A stretch of 64,000 nucleotides of DNA. Source: Eledone cirrhosa. Lineage: Eukaryota. The stretch's first letter is position 1. The number at the start of each line of letters is the position of its first letter. This document shows positions 1 through 13,928 of the stretch, piece after piece. Below the pieces are notes generated by a model. That model was not told the DNA's origin, made no database searches, and worked only from the letters and a program-made list of their open reading frames with translations. The DNA lies in contig OZ024741.1 of the NCBI GenBank assembly GCA_964016885.1, positions 206,150,001 through 206,214,000 of the forward strand. The letters run 5' to 3'. The position numbers were made by a program, and so were the translations under genes.

Positions 1-1150
1 TAATTCTTTAGATACAAACGAAAGATGGATTTATAATAACATTGTTTTGTAAGAAGCCAACAATTTCAAAACAAAAGCTGAATTGACAGATAATTATGAG
101 AAAAATAACACAAAAAACAGCTACAGAAATTACTAAAAAGATAAAATCCAAATTGAAAACAAATCTCCAGATTGCTAAGCTAAGCTAAAACGATGGCAAG
201 TAAAACCTCTACTTGGTCAATACCCGAACAAACTGAATAAGAAATAAGTGGATAAGCTGGTTAAGAAACTCTGGTCTAAAAGCCAAGACCGAAGGCTCTC
301 TAATTGCAGCACAAGATCAAAGCATCCCCACCAGAAACCATAAAAAAATATAATGAAGCAGAACACAGTCACTACAGAATATGTGGAGGTGGGGAAGAAA
401 CAATTAACCACAATGGCTCTGGTTTCCCAGTTTTAGTCAATAAAGAATATATCTACAGACATGATAAAGTTGGGATTTACATGCACTGGAAGTTATACCA
501 AAACTACGAAATACCAACAGAAAAAGGTAGTACAAGCATACGCCAGAAAAGGTGTTAGAGGATGACATAGCGACTATACAATGGGATATGAAAATACACA
601 CAGACAGAGATCAAAGCCCGCAAAGAAAACATGTGTTTTAATTTCTGTATCTATCTCCACAGATGACAATGTGTCTATCAAGGACATGGAAAAATTATCC
701 AAATATTAAGATCGGAGATGGAAATAATCCGAATGTAGATGATGAAAATAGAAACAGTTAGTATAATCATAGGTTCTCTGGGAATGATAATAAATACACA
801 GACAGATACATAATAAAGACGCCAGGACTTGAAAATATACGCAACATACAGAAAATAACACTAATATACACTGCACACATGACGAAGAATACTTTCAATA
901 CATGGCTATTTAAATGAATTGTTTCAGTTTAGTTAACTTCTATTTCATACTTTATCGCTTCTTGTATTTATTGCATTTATTAGAACTTGTACTCTAACAG
1001 GAGGAGACTATACTTCCTCATCGCGACAATAATACAAAGACGCAAATCTGCATACACCTGAGGAGCACGTAAGTGCACCTGGAAATGAAGTAAAAACTCG
1101 CATGAAATTGTCAAAGAAATTATGATAATAATATTTATAATACTGATAAT
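1..1150 (+). mobile_element. Degraded 3' part of an R4/Dong-like non-LTR retrotransposon (restriction-like endonuclease type)
   Basis: Broken frames read WLRNSGLKAKTEGSLIAAQDQSIPTRN, a zinc-knuckle remnant (RICGGGEETINH...RHDKV), WDMKIHTDR, EKLSKY and IQKITL; ends in a TAA-rich tail near 1120-1150. Confidence 0.75.
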
Positions 1151-2044
1151 AATGCTAACAACAGAACGACAACAGCAATAACAGCAACAATAATATTAAA
1201 AAGAAGAGCAACAACAACTACAACAACAACAATATTTATTTTGTGGTGGCAAGAGCTTTGTGTGGGGGAATTAGTAGAGTGAGGTCAGAACGCAGTAGAG
1301 ATATAAATCATTTCATCCTGATTTATACATCTTAACAATGAAATACATTTGAATGACAAAGAATTTGGAAGAGATCCAACAATCGGTGACTGGAATTAAT
1401 ATATATATATACGTATGTGTGAGTGTGTGTGAGTGTGTGTGTGATATTTGGCTGGGGGAGAGGATTCATAACTGGATAAGAGAAATGAAAACTGTTGACT
1501 TTCTTGCCAAGATTATAATTGGAAAACAAATGCAAATTTAATAAGATTGAGGCGTAAAAATAGAGGTAACTTTTGATAATTCCATTTATAATGCTTATAG
1601 AAATATTTGTTTATGTGGTAAATCATTTAAAGAGGAAATGTTTCTGTGTATTTAGAACTATGAGAATATGTATATCAATTTTAATGTGTTTACAATTCCC
1701 TAGTATTACTCTGAATGATGAGATGTAATTTGGAAGGCATATAGATTTGTTTTAGAAAGACGGATCCTTCATCAATTTAGACAATAAGCGAGTAATTCAT
1801 CGATCAACTGATCATCCAGCTCATTAAATTAACACGCAAGGAGCCGATTATCCGTGTTCCCTTAAGATAATCATCCGGCAGAATAAGTATGCTGTAATGT
1901 TATTAGGTTGACACTTTGAATTTAGTAGATAGGTTTCCACTGTTTCCGTCTAATTATCTTCAATCAGGCTTAGGTTGAACATCCCAGGAAGAGGGACCGA
2001 AATTGGAGTCTCATGATAGCAAAGTGAATCGCATTATCAACTTT

Positions 2045-2190
2045 ATTAGAGCGTCAGACACCATGCTTTTCAGCACAGAGTCATGCCCCTTTACGTTCTG
2101 AGTTCAAATCCCGCCGAGGTCGATACAATAAGGCACCAGCAATGCACCGGGGTAATTGCTGGCTTTATGCCAAAAGTAGAAACAATTATT
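2045..2190 (+). mobile_element. tRNA-derived SINE, internally deleted copy
   Basis: B-box-like GAGTTCAAATCCC and the family 3' end GCCAAAAGTAGAAACAATTATT shared with about 10 other copies in the window. Confidence 0.8.
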
Positions 2191-2466
2191 AACTTTATTA
2201 ATATTCTGGTAAAAGAAAATATAAGGTAGTCATATGTATTCATATTTATCACTAAAAAAAAAGGATAATAAACGTCTCAATGATTCTGATCAAAGATCAA
2301 ACAGAGAAGTGTTGGTCTGAAGAAAACAACAACAATCACAATAAAAACAAGGAAATATTTTTATAAATTATATTGCAATTGGTAAATAAAAGTGCCAGAT
2401 TTATAACGGAACAATCACTGTTTCTAATAATGAGAGTCACATACGCATTCATCTCTTCCTTTCTCC

Positions 2467-3130
<664 letters not shown>

Positions 3131-3651
3131 TAGGAAACCGAATGGTTCTCGGCTTCAGAGTTAAGAATAATGTAAATAAATTACAGAGGTTATTGAAATC
3201 AACAATAATTAAATATATACATGCACGCATCCATATACGTACATACACATGCATACGCGAAAACACCCGCCATGGGTATGCAAATATAAGGTTTATGGTT
3301 TGTCTCGCGAGACAAACCACAAACCCTCCATCCGAATCTACCCCCTCTCGCTTTCGGTTCCTCCGTCTTTCTCTCTCTCTGCGCTCGCTTTCACTGAGAA
3401 TAGATGTGTTTTACCTAGCTCCCCTGGGCTTAAACCCAACGCCTTTTTTAAAACTTGGTTTTATTTCTTCTCGGTTACTCACTTAAATATGCCATTGTCC
3501 TGTGTTTCCCCCTTTCTATTAGTATGTTTACTTCTTTTTTTTCCTTTTATTCTTCCTTTTTTCTTCTCTCTTTTTTTTCTTTTTTTCTTTCTCTCTTCGC
3601 TATCACTTCATTCCCTCATGGCTTTTTGATAGATAAAAGGCTATGGGCGCG

Positions 3652-3720
3652 CTACGGATAGATGTATTGTCTATAATGCGCTGAAACATCTGTGACCCGT
3701 AGTAGACAACTGACGAAGGG
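3652..3720 (+). ncRNA. Candidate non-circularly permuted hammerhead-like ribozyme motif (copy A)
   Basis: ctacgg-at-AGATGT-A-TTGTCTA-taatgcgct-GAAACATCT-gtgac-ccgtag-TAGACAA-CTGACGA-aggg; three perfect helices and both HHR core boxes, with GAAA lying before CUGANGA. Confidence 0.55.
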
Positions 3721-3812
3721 AAACTGTCCATCTCTTGTTTGTGTCGCTTTACTTTCTAACACTCGTTATCAGTAACCACACAGTCTCGTCTCCCTCAATC
3801 CATATTTTATAT

Positions 3813-3909
<97 letters not shown>

Positions 3910-4022
3910 GATATATATAGTATATATATATATATATATGGAAAATTGGTGTGGACGTTAGAAAACGTTCTATACAGATCACGTAATATAAGGGAAATGA
4001 TAATTTAAAAAAGCGTTTGAAA

Positions 4023-4076
<54 letters not shown>

Positions 4077-4120
4077 ATATTAATAAATGGAAACTATATT
4101 TATAAAACCATATTTATACA

Positions 4121-5562
4121 CTACCAGATGACCCGGCGTTGCTCGAGGTTTCAAATTATGCTAAGAATATACAGCTAGGAAGTAAAAGAAGAACATTATT
4201 TGTTCCCAACCTGTCAAAATAAGCAGAAGTCTTCAATAATTAATGCAAACGAATATTTAGTGCAATCTTTGTACACATAAAACTATGCTGATAATTAAGG
4301 AAAACACTGAACAGGATGTAGTTATACAAATGATTAAAGACAATACACGTTGTAAATCTGTAAAAAACAGGCAGTTTTGCTAAAGTACAAAAAGTTGTAA
4401 TGAAAGCTGAGTTGTATACAAACAAAAAAACAATGAGAGTAGAATAAGAGAAAATCTATTCTTTGAGAGCATCCTTTGCTGTGTATGGTTAAATTTTAAA
4501 GTTATAATCCAAAATATCCTGCATGACATATTCATTGGTATGTTTTGTAATGAGTAAGGTGAAGTCAAGGCAGAGCTGTAATAAGTTATTTTTGTTAGCA
4601 CTAAAGCACTTCAGGATAGACGATATTCTTTGTTTTTCTTTTCGGAACAAACGCAAAGAGATTATTTCGACTGCCAACTCGTGAGCAGGGAACGTAGAAT
4701 TGTCCGTGCGAAAAGCAATGTTCGTCCAAGTGAATTCCAGCGACGGACAGAGTTTGACCGTGCGACTTATTTATGGACATCGCAAAGGCAACACGAAGGG
4801 GAAATTGGGTTCGGCGAAAGGAGAAGAGAGTATACACGCCTGATGTAGTCAGGCTAATTTTTGTTATTATCACCTTTTCCACATCCGGATAGAATGGTAG
4901 CGTCAATACTAAGTGGAGACAGTTTTTTAACCACAAGGCGTGTACCATTGCATAGTTTGGAGGAATGATATTTCTCAGAAAAATAACTGGTATTCCCTCT
5001 TTCAGAACCAATGTATTAGGAGGTAAACCAGGAGGATTTAAAGAATTTAGAAATTCAACTGGATAATTGACCGCATCCTGTGGATGACATACAGTATCAA
5101 TAGATTTATATATCCGTGGACATCCAGGAAGAAGCTGAAGAAGCTGATCGTTAATACAGCTAACCGTGATGCGAAAATTAACACTTAATATAGTGAAACA
5201 AGTTAAAACAAGTGTTTTTTTAACTTTGAAAGTACTACAAAGAATAAACAAGAAACAAACGATAATAGTGATTTATCTTCAAATGAATGTGATGTTTATA
5301 TCTCTGAAAAGTTGGTTATCTCCCTGTTTTATTAGGATTGTCAATAAAGGTTGTTATCTCCCTTACATCAATTTTTCTACCGATAATTTGATATCGATTT
5401 TTTATTGCTCAACGTGGGTCGATTTGAAAAATATTTGTGATGTGACAATCTTAGCGACCTGTGCAGAAAATCTGGTCAAATTCAGTTGGTAATTGTGAAA
5501 GCCTTAAGCATGCAAAGTTGTACACAGACACACACACATCCTCGCTTTTATATATATAAAGA
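4121..5562 (-). mobile_element. Non-autonomous Helitron with PIF1-like helicase C-terminal remnant
   Basis: Minus-strand 5' TC at 5562-5561, subterminal hairpin CTCGAGCAACGCCGGG, GTAG (CTAG-like) 3' end, A|T target with no TSD; ORF 4601-5251 has RTQFPLRVAFAMSINKSHGQTL and HGQFYVPCSRV. Confidence 0.9.
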
Positions 5563-8166
5563 TATTTCAAGGGCAACCAAGGCAAATTATGGTGCGCTTT
5601 CATCAGATAAAATACAGATTTGTTTTATAAATAAATATTGACATACCCGGAAAAAAAGACAACCTTAACGGTTGGAGCTTCCTGGATAGTGGAGATAGTA
5701 GATTTATTGAGCGTGATACAAAGTTATGAGTGAGTATGCAAATGAGTGTCCGAAAGGTTGAAAAGATAACGGTTTATTTAAATTAAACTGTTGGAAGAAG
5801 ATGATATGTAAGGGAGAGAGAAAAAAAAGAAAAAAAGAAAGGAGAAAGATAAAAGAGGAAAGAAAGAACGATTATATATATTGATAGTGAAAATAGAGTG
5901 TATGAAGAAATAAGTTTCAAAGGATAAATATACACAGCGTAAGTATATCTAAGTGAAAGAAGAAATGAGATTAACGTGGAAGGATAATATTTATAATGCA
6001 GGGTTCATTACGTTTTGATTATAATACTTATAATGATAGGTTGAAAAATTAGATTAAAATTAAATTAAAATAAAAAATTAGAAATCAAAATTAAAGATTA
6101 AAATTTACCTTAATATTAAAAATTTAATTTAATAATTTAATATTAATAATTAGTTTAAATGTGTATGTTAAGGATTATAAATTATTAAAATAAATATATA
6201 CATTAGAGAAAATCTAGTATAGTTTATTTTATTGAAAGTTGTAAGTCAAAATTTAAACATCCAAATAATTCTAAATTTATGAAAAATTTACGAGAGTTTA
6301 CAAAAGAATAACCACTTAGTTATATTATAAAAAACAGTAAGGAAGTGTAAAGGAAGTTAGAAGTGATTTTTTAAGAACTCAGATGACTCTAAGGATTAAA
6401 TGTTATAAAGTTAAAAGGTTAAACATTTTTTATCTTAAGAATATAATTAAAACATGAACCATATGTTATTTCATACGAAGTCATAAATTTACTTGCTATA
6501 AAGTTAAAAAATTAAAAAAAATTATCTTAAGAATATATTTAAAGCATAAACCAATGGTTATTCCACATATATATAAAACCACCTATATATAAAAATCATG
6601 TTTTTCCACATATATAATTAAATTAAAATTAAAAATTATAAATCAAAATTAAAGATTAAAATTTGGATATATATATTAAAAACGTTTGAAGATATAAAAA
6701 TATAAAAATATTGGAATGTATGAAAATAATGGTTTTTCTATATCTTTCAAAGGAATTTTCAAAAGATTTTTCTTAAAACCTTCCGTAAGTTTTTCAAGAA
6801 AAAAATTTGTTTTTTCTTAAAGGAGTTTCAAGCAGTCATATAAAAATTCTTTATAATCTATCGATAGGTGTAATAATATAAAGTATATAGTATATATATG
6901 TGAGGTAGAGATAATAGAAAGTAAATTAAATATATGAATCATATATAGATATAGAAGATATTATGTAAAGGAAATAAATCATATATTACATTTTATATAT
7001 ATATTTAAAAGTTGAGTTTAAACGATGTTTGCAGGAACTAAATAAATTATTTCGCAAATTAATAGTGTTCTTACTTTTTAGTATAAAGAATATTTCTTCA
7101 ACGCATAGTGAGCAATTTTGGGATAAAGCAGTGTATGAAGGAGCTTTGGAAATAATTTTCCAAAGTAAAGAATAGTTAATATTCTTGGATTTCAAGTCCC
7201 ATAATAAATTAGATAGTGAAGTTGAAGATTTTTTACCAATATTCGTAAAGGAACATTTATGGTTATTAAAACGAGATTTGAAGTCTGGTGAAGTAGAGCC
7301 GACATAGTTAAAGGAGTTTTCATTTGTTTTGACATTACAATTGTATACTACATTTTTAACTAAACAATTATTATTTAGAGGACAGTTAGATTTATTTCTA
7401 CAAATACATTTATCTAAATTTATATTATTGGGAGCCGTAACATTATATTGGATATTGCTAGGGGTATTAATGCTATTCTGGTTAGGTTTTAAGTTTCTAT
7501 TATTAATACTATTAATATTCTGCGCTAAATTCATAGTGGTGGAATATGAGAGTTTAATAGTATGTCTATTAAAGATTGAGTAATACCTGTGTGTCTTAGG
7601 AAAGCACCTATCTAGAGCTTTAAAGAATAATTTAGCAATAGGAGTTTTAATACTTAATGAGAAAGGGGGGAGCGAACCATAATATATTTCTAGTTCTATT
7701 TTTTCTTTTGGTTTTCGAGTCAGTACAAGGTTTTATATTATAATTATATTTATAGTTATGGTTAATTGGCACATCCTTATTGTCAATGTATTTAATTTCA
7801 TTACTATAGCCTGCTCTACCTAACGCTTCGTTATAATATTGTGCCTTATCTTCAAATATATTTTTATTCGCTGAAATTCTAGAAATAAGTTGCTGCATAG
7901 AATTTACAATAGTGTCTTTAACGGATCTGGGGTGATTGGAATTAAAGTTAACACAGTTTAAATTCTCGTTTATTTTATGAAATGGATAATAAAGACCAGT
8001 GTTAAGGTTTAAAGTTACATCTAAAAAATTAAATATTTTATAATTATTCTCTACTACTTTAAGATTAACGCTATTAAAAAATTGTATAATTTCTTTTCTT
8101 TTCCTATTTATTTCACAATTATTATTATTTTCAATATTTTCAATATTTATTTATAAAACAAATCTG

Positions 8167-8232
8167 TATTTTATCTGATGAAAGCGCACCATAATTTGCA
8201 TTGGTTGCCCTTGAAATATGTATAATAAAATA
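8167..8232 (+). ncRNA. Type I hammerhead ribozyme in PLE terminal repeat
   Basis: TATTTTAT-CTGATGA-AAG...CTT-GAAA-TATGTAT-A-ATAAAATA; 8-bp stem I and near-palindromic stem III. Confidence 0.8.
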
Positions 8233-8363
8233 AATATGGTTTTATAAATATAGTTTCCATTTATTAATATATTGTGTATTTACTCCACTAACCAGTTGAG
8301 TGCTTCATATCAGTTATAACATTTTTTGAGCTTGTTGAATCCCAACAAATTAAATATAACCTC

Positions 8364-8472
<109 letters not shown>

Positions 8473-8692
8473 TTATATATATATATATATATACAATATA
8501 TATATATATATATATATATATACAAAATTTAGTACAGCATCAACAAAGCCATAGTTGCAGCCAAGCTAACGAATGAAGTTTCGGTGTACAGCTAAGCACT
8601 CGGATAGGGTATATAACCCTAGAGTTATAACATTACGTTTAGACAGCTTTGCAAAATGAATACAGGGACCGATAGAAGGGCCGCATATATAT

Positions 8693-8870
8693 ATAGGAAA
8701 CGAGTTAGGACTCCGACGGCTAGAACAGTTCGGATCTAGCTATCGAAACGGTTGCAGCTCAGCCGCCGGGGTCCTGATTCTTTTCCTATTACCCACTCTA
8801 CTACCCTAAGTGTGGAGTACTCTGGTGCGTTAAGGTCCACTTGGTTTCTTACCGCACTTTCTTTATATAT
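8693..8870. repeat. Fold-back PLE-terminus-like repeat; related copy at 38836-39000
   Basis: Hairpin ATAGGAAA...TTTCCTAT followed by TACCCACTCTACTACCCTAAG at both loci. Confidence 0.7.
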
Positions 8871-8971
8871 ACATATCGCTGTGACCTGTCTGTTTCTTTC
8901 TTACTGCTTCCTCTTTTCTCTGTATCTCTCACTTCCCTTTACCCCCTCTAACAGTCACTCCCTCTGTTAGC

Positions 8972-9921
8972 CCTACTTTCTTTCGCTCCCTCTGTCATGT
9001 CAGTTAACTCTTCCTCACACTTCCACTCACTCACTCACTATTTCTCCTCTTCTCACTTCACCCCGTTCGCAACGAAAACATTTTCTCTCTTTCTCACATT
9101 TGGATTCGTTCACGAAAGGTCTTTTTTCTAAGCGCTCATATATTCACCTAGCTTATGCTAACAGAATAACTATGAAGCTTGTTCCCTTCCTTCTACGGTT
9201 AGCTCTCCTCTTTGTTGTTATCTCGTCTCACTCGCTTTACGCGTTTTAATTGTCCTAATAACTTAATTTAGTTATTATTGCACCGACGTGAGGTATATGA
9301 TTTTTAATGCAATGAAATATCTATGATCGTCGGCAAATCACTGATGAGGGACTTATTTTATTACATGTTATCCATGTGCAACCTGCAGTATTCTTCTCCC
9401 CATTTTTTCACATATATTTACCTAAACTGCGATTCTGTTTTTTCTCTCTCTCTCTCTTACTGCTCCCTCGTTCTCTCTGTTTCTCCTACTTTCTTTCGCC
9501 CCCTCTGTCATGTCAGTTAACTCTTCCTCACACTTCCACTCACTCACTCACTGTTTCTCCTCTTCTCACTTCACCCCGTTCGCGACGAAAACATTTTCTC
9601 TCTTTCTCACATTTGGATTCGTTCACGAAAGGTCTTTTTTCTAAGCGCTCATATATTCACCTAGCTTATGCTAACAGAATAACTATGAAGCTTGTTCCCT
9701 TCCTTCTACGGTTAGCTCTCCTCTTTGTTGTTATCTTGTCTCACTCGCTTTACGCGTTTTAATTGTCCTAATAACTTAATTTAGTTATTATTGCACCGAC
9801 GTGAGGTATATGATTTTTAATGCAATGAAATATCTATGATCGTCGGCAAATCACCGATGAGGGACTTATTTTATTACATGTTATCCATGTGCAACCTGCA
9901 GTATTCTTCTCCCCATTTTTT

Positions 9922-9925
<4 letters not shown>
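8972..9925 (+). repeat. Head-to-tail tandem duplication with 513-bp period, each unit carrying the permuted hammerhead-like motif
   Basis: TCTGTCATGT at 8991 and 9504; core box at 9341 and 9854; units nearly identical; ends at (TA)n. Confidence 0.9.
9283..9350 (+). ncRNA. Candidate permuted hammerhead-like motif (copy B; copy C at 9796-9863 has CCGATGA)
   Basis: ccgacg-tg-AGGTAT-A-TGATTT-ttaatgcaat-GAAATATCT-atgat-cgtcgg-c-AAATCA-CTGATGA-ggg. Confidence 0.55.
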
Positions 9926-9964
<39 letters not shown>

Positions 9965-10035
9965 TTTTACGACAGGCTGAATGAGTGGGATAAACCCAAA
10001 GAAATTTAAACACATGAACATCTCACTATTATAAC

Positions 10036-10127
<92 letters not shown>

Positions 10128-10303
10128 GTAATATAGAGTAATAATAATAAATTTGAAGAGTAAAATCCAAAGAGGGCTCAATAAGGATAAATATATATAT
10201 AGGAACCCTAGAGCAGAATATATATATAGAAAATCCTGTTAAGGGTGAAAGCAGCGAATCTTTGCTTGAACTTTAATCTGTTATTTATTTATTAAATAAA
10301 TAA

Positions 10304-10365
<62 letters not shown>

Positions 10366-10368
<3 letters not shown>

Positions 10369-13300
10369 TAAAAATGGAACGGGAACAAAACAGAGAGGCA
10401 GTACCAACAAAGGTTTATTAGTTTCACGCTCTTGAGAGTGGGGGTGGAGGTGGGGAACGACGTTTCGGGCATAAGCCCTTCTTCAGGCGAAAAGTGGGTG
10501 GGAAGAGAGTTCCGAGGGTGTGTAGGGGAGTGGAGGAGAGACATTTAGAAAAGGGGGGGGGGACGGTGGAAAAGAAAAACAATTAAATAAACATAAACAT
10601 GAAGATAAAAAAGTGGTGGAAGGGTGTGGGGCGTGTAGGGGGTGGTGGCGGGTGGAGTGGGGAGACGGAGGCGGGGTGTCCGAGCGGAGAGGGCTGAAGG
10701 TGGTGTATGTGTGTAGGTGTACGTGTGTGTGTGTGCATGTGAATGTGAGAGTTGGGGGAAGAACGAGATTCCATGTTCAGGAAAAGGTGTGTGTGTGCGC
10801 GTGTGGATGGGGAGGGGTCAGAGGGGTGGGGGAGAGGATTCCGGATGCTGAGTGTGTATATATGTGGGGGTACGCACGTGTGTGTGGTGTTTATACGTTT
10901 TGTGGATGTAGGTGGCGTGGTTCGAAACAAATATTTGTGAGTGTATGTCCGTGGGTAAGTTCCTAAGGTAGTTCCGTAGAGGGTGTGAAGAATCGCCAGA
11001 TATTTTCCATGGGATGGAGTAGATAGTGGGAACGATGGCCAATGGTGTATAATCCGTGGTTGTGGTGGTCGGAAGAGGGAAGATGTGGGGAGATGTGGAA
11101 GTGGTCAGAGGGTCAAGGCAGGATGAGGGCAGAGGAGAATGACAGATGGAGGTGGTTGTGTGTCTGTGTGCGGAGAAGTGGTCAGAGGGTCAAAGCATAG
11201 CAGCAGTAGAGGAGAATGGCAGGTGGAGAAAGTCAGTGTGTCAGTGTGTGCGAAGGTGCGGTGGACAGGGGAGAGGATGGGTAGGTGTGAAAGGTGGAGT
11301 GTGGAGGGGGTCATGCGGGGGGATGGGATGTGTATTAGTAGAGGTATTAGTGGGATGTGTGTGTGTGTGAAGGCATGTGGGTGGAGCGGGGAGAGGGAGA
11401 GAAAGGTGAGGGGGTAGGTGGAGGGAGTGTAGTGTACTGGTGTGTGTGTGCGTGTTTGGATGAGTGTGTGTGTGGTGAAGGGGGTGTTAGTGGGTGTTAG
11501 TATACTGGTGGTGGGGAAAAGGGTTGAATGCGGTTGTGTTAGTGGGATTCAGTGGTGGTAGGGTGTGTAGAGTGGGTGGTGCAAGTGGGTGTGAGTGGGT
11601 GGGTGTGTTCGTGTGCACGGAGTCGGGGGGATGTTAGTGGTATTAGTTGTGGGAGTGGATGTATGGGTGAGGGTTTGTGGTGGTAGTAGGGTGTTTGGAT
11701 AGTGTGAGTGCGTGTATATATGTACCGGTGGGTGTGTGCGTGATAGGGGGCGCGGTGGGGATGTTAGTATTATTAGTTGGGGAGGGTGGTCTGGGGTCGG
11801 GTGGGGGTGTTAGTATTGTTAGTTGTGGGGTGGGCCAAGGGGGTGGGCGGTGAAAAGGAGGAGTGGTGTTAGTGGGGGATATGTGTGTGTGGGGAGGGAC
11901 AGGGCGGTCGAAGGCTAAAGGAATAGAGGTGGGGAGTTCAGGCCGGGGGGAGTGTGGGTCTGTAGGATAAAGATGGTGCGTTGTTCGACCCTGAGGCGGG
12001 TCGCGGGTGTTCCGTGGCATTGGAGTAGGCCACAGACTGTGAGGTGGTGCGCGGGATGTCCAGGGGAGCCAAAGTGGCGGGCGATGGGGGAACTCCCGCC
12101 GAGACGAATATCCCGGAGGTATTCGGTGAAACGGTCCGCCAGGCGACGTCCAGTCTATCCAACGTAGGTTGCGCTGCACTCCGTGCAGCGAAGTCCATAG
12201 ACTAGGTTGGAGGAGGTGCAGCGGAAGGCATGCCGAACAGAGAGAGAGTGGTCGTTGGGACCCTGGTAGGTGGTGGTGTTGGTGATATGGGGGCAGGTGT
12301 TGCAACGAGGCCTGAAACAGGGAAGGGAACCGGGGAGGAAAAGAGAGCGTGGCTTGGGGGTAGGGAGCTGTGGATGAGGAAGGTGCGGAGATTATGTGCG
12401 CGTTTGAAGGAGGGGAGTGGTGGGGATGGGATGATGTGGGAGGTGGAGGGGTAGGGTGGAGGGGTGGTAGGTGATAGGGAAGGGGAGACGGTGGGTGGAT
12501 GTGCTGTGGCGTGGGGTGAGGGTGGGGGAGCGGTGGACAGCACGGGCGCGAGTGAAGGCGGTGTGGACGAGGGGGGACCTCTGCGGATGAAATGGCTGAC
12601 TAGGGAAAGGGCCTGGGACTCAAAGTCAGCATCTCGGCTACAGAGGCGGAGGATCCTGAGGAGTTGGGAGTGGGGAATAGAGTGTTTAGTGTGTGTAGAG
12701 TGGGAGGATGTGAAGGTCGAGGTAGGAGTGGGAGGAGGTGGGTTTGAAGAAGGCGGAGGTGACGAGGGAGTGGTGGGAGGGGTCGATGGCGACGTAGATG
12801 TCTAAGAAGTGGACGTGGGTGGTGGAGATAGAGGTGGTGAAGTGGAGGGAGGGGTGGAAGGAGCAGAAGAAGGAGAGAAAGGAGTCGAGTTGTTCTCGGG
12901 TGAGGCTCGTGGCTCTGATACAGTCGATGTAACGACCGTACAGTTCGGGCGTGGGGCCGGTGTACTGGGCAAAGATTTGGGCCTCAACATGGCAAAGAAA
13001 AGGTTGGCATAGTTTGGTAAAACTCACCCGAGAAGAAGAAACAGTTGAGGGTGAGGACCAGCTCGGAAAGGCGAAGGAGGGTGGAAGTGGAGGGGATGGG
13101 GGAGGGGGGAAGGTCGAGGTAGTGCTTGAGGGCACGTAGGCCGTCGGCGTGGGGACCACAGTATAAAGCGACTTGATATCTAGGGTGAAGAGGAAGGGCT
13201 GTGGGCCGGGTGGGAAGGTGAAGGAGTCGAATAGGCGAAGGGCGTGGTTGGTGTCGGATATGTGGGAGGGGAGGGTGGTGACGAGGGGGGCGAGGATGGA

Positions 13301-13779
13301 GTCAAGAAAGGTGGAGATGAGTTCGGTGGGGCAGTTGCAAGTGGAGACGATGGGGCAGCCGGGGTTGTCGGGTCTGTGGATTCTGGGGAGGAAGTAGATA
13401 GTGGGGGTGCGGGGGTGCGGATCATGAGGTGGGAGGGAGGAGGAAACAAGGTGTTGGATGGTAGAGGAAACTTGTTGTTGGTAGAGGGGTGTGGGGTCGG
13501 AGGGTAGAGGGCGGTAGAAGAGGGGCTTACGGAGCTGCCTGAGGGCTTCAGCCGTGTAGCGGTCCTCGCGCCACACCACTACGGCGCCTCTCTTGTCCGC
13601 CGGTTTGATGACATCTCGGCTACGGAGGGAGCGGAAAGCGAGGAGTTCGCCCCGTGAGATGTTATGCCGTTTGGACCGGTGGCAGAAGTCGAAGCGATTT
13701 ACTGCGCTAGGGCAGGCGTCGACGAACGCGTCCAGGGTGCTAACTTGCCCTGGGGCCGGCGTCCAAGCCGATGGTCGTC

Positions 13780-13781
<2 letters not shown>
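10366..13781 (-). mobile_element. GC-rich Penelope-like element (RT + GIY-YIG), frameshifted and 5'-truncated, between (TA)n tracts
   Basis: KPADKRGAVVVW, FTLDIKSLYT, YGRYIDCI and HFLDI motifs; GIY-YIG remnant (CTECSATYVG*TGRRLADRFTE) near 12100-12200; HHR in the 3' terminus. Confidence 0.9.
10459..10487 (-). ncRNA. Minimal type I hammerhead motif
   Basis: Reverse complement reads CTGAAGA-A-GGGC-TTAT-GCCC-GAAACGTC; stem I is weak. Confidence 0.7.
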
Positions 13782-13832
<51 letters not shown>

Positions 13833-13895
13833 AAAGTATGTGTTCCTGCATGTAAATAATACACATAGGGATACAAGTATTTGCTTTTCCTTGAT

Positions 13896-13920
<25 letters not shown>

Positions 13921-13928
<8 letters not shown>

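Larger units (their letters stand above)
4072..8347 (-). mobile_element. 5'-truncated Penelope-like element (RT C-terminus + GIY-YIG) with inverted terminal repeat, interrupted by a Helitron
   Basis: ORFs 7647-7898 and 6986-7534 (CICRNKSNCPLNNNCLVKNVVYNC...YVGSTSPDFKSRFNNH); the 3' terminus (4072-4120 plus 5563-5640) recurs inverted at 8141-8275; flanked by (TA)n. Confidence 0.9.

Noticed and set aside
4601-5251. Host PIF1 helicase gene (also 62435-62968)
   Set aside because: Only frameshifted C-terminal motifs, bounded by Helitron termini
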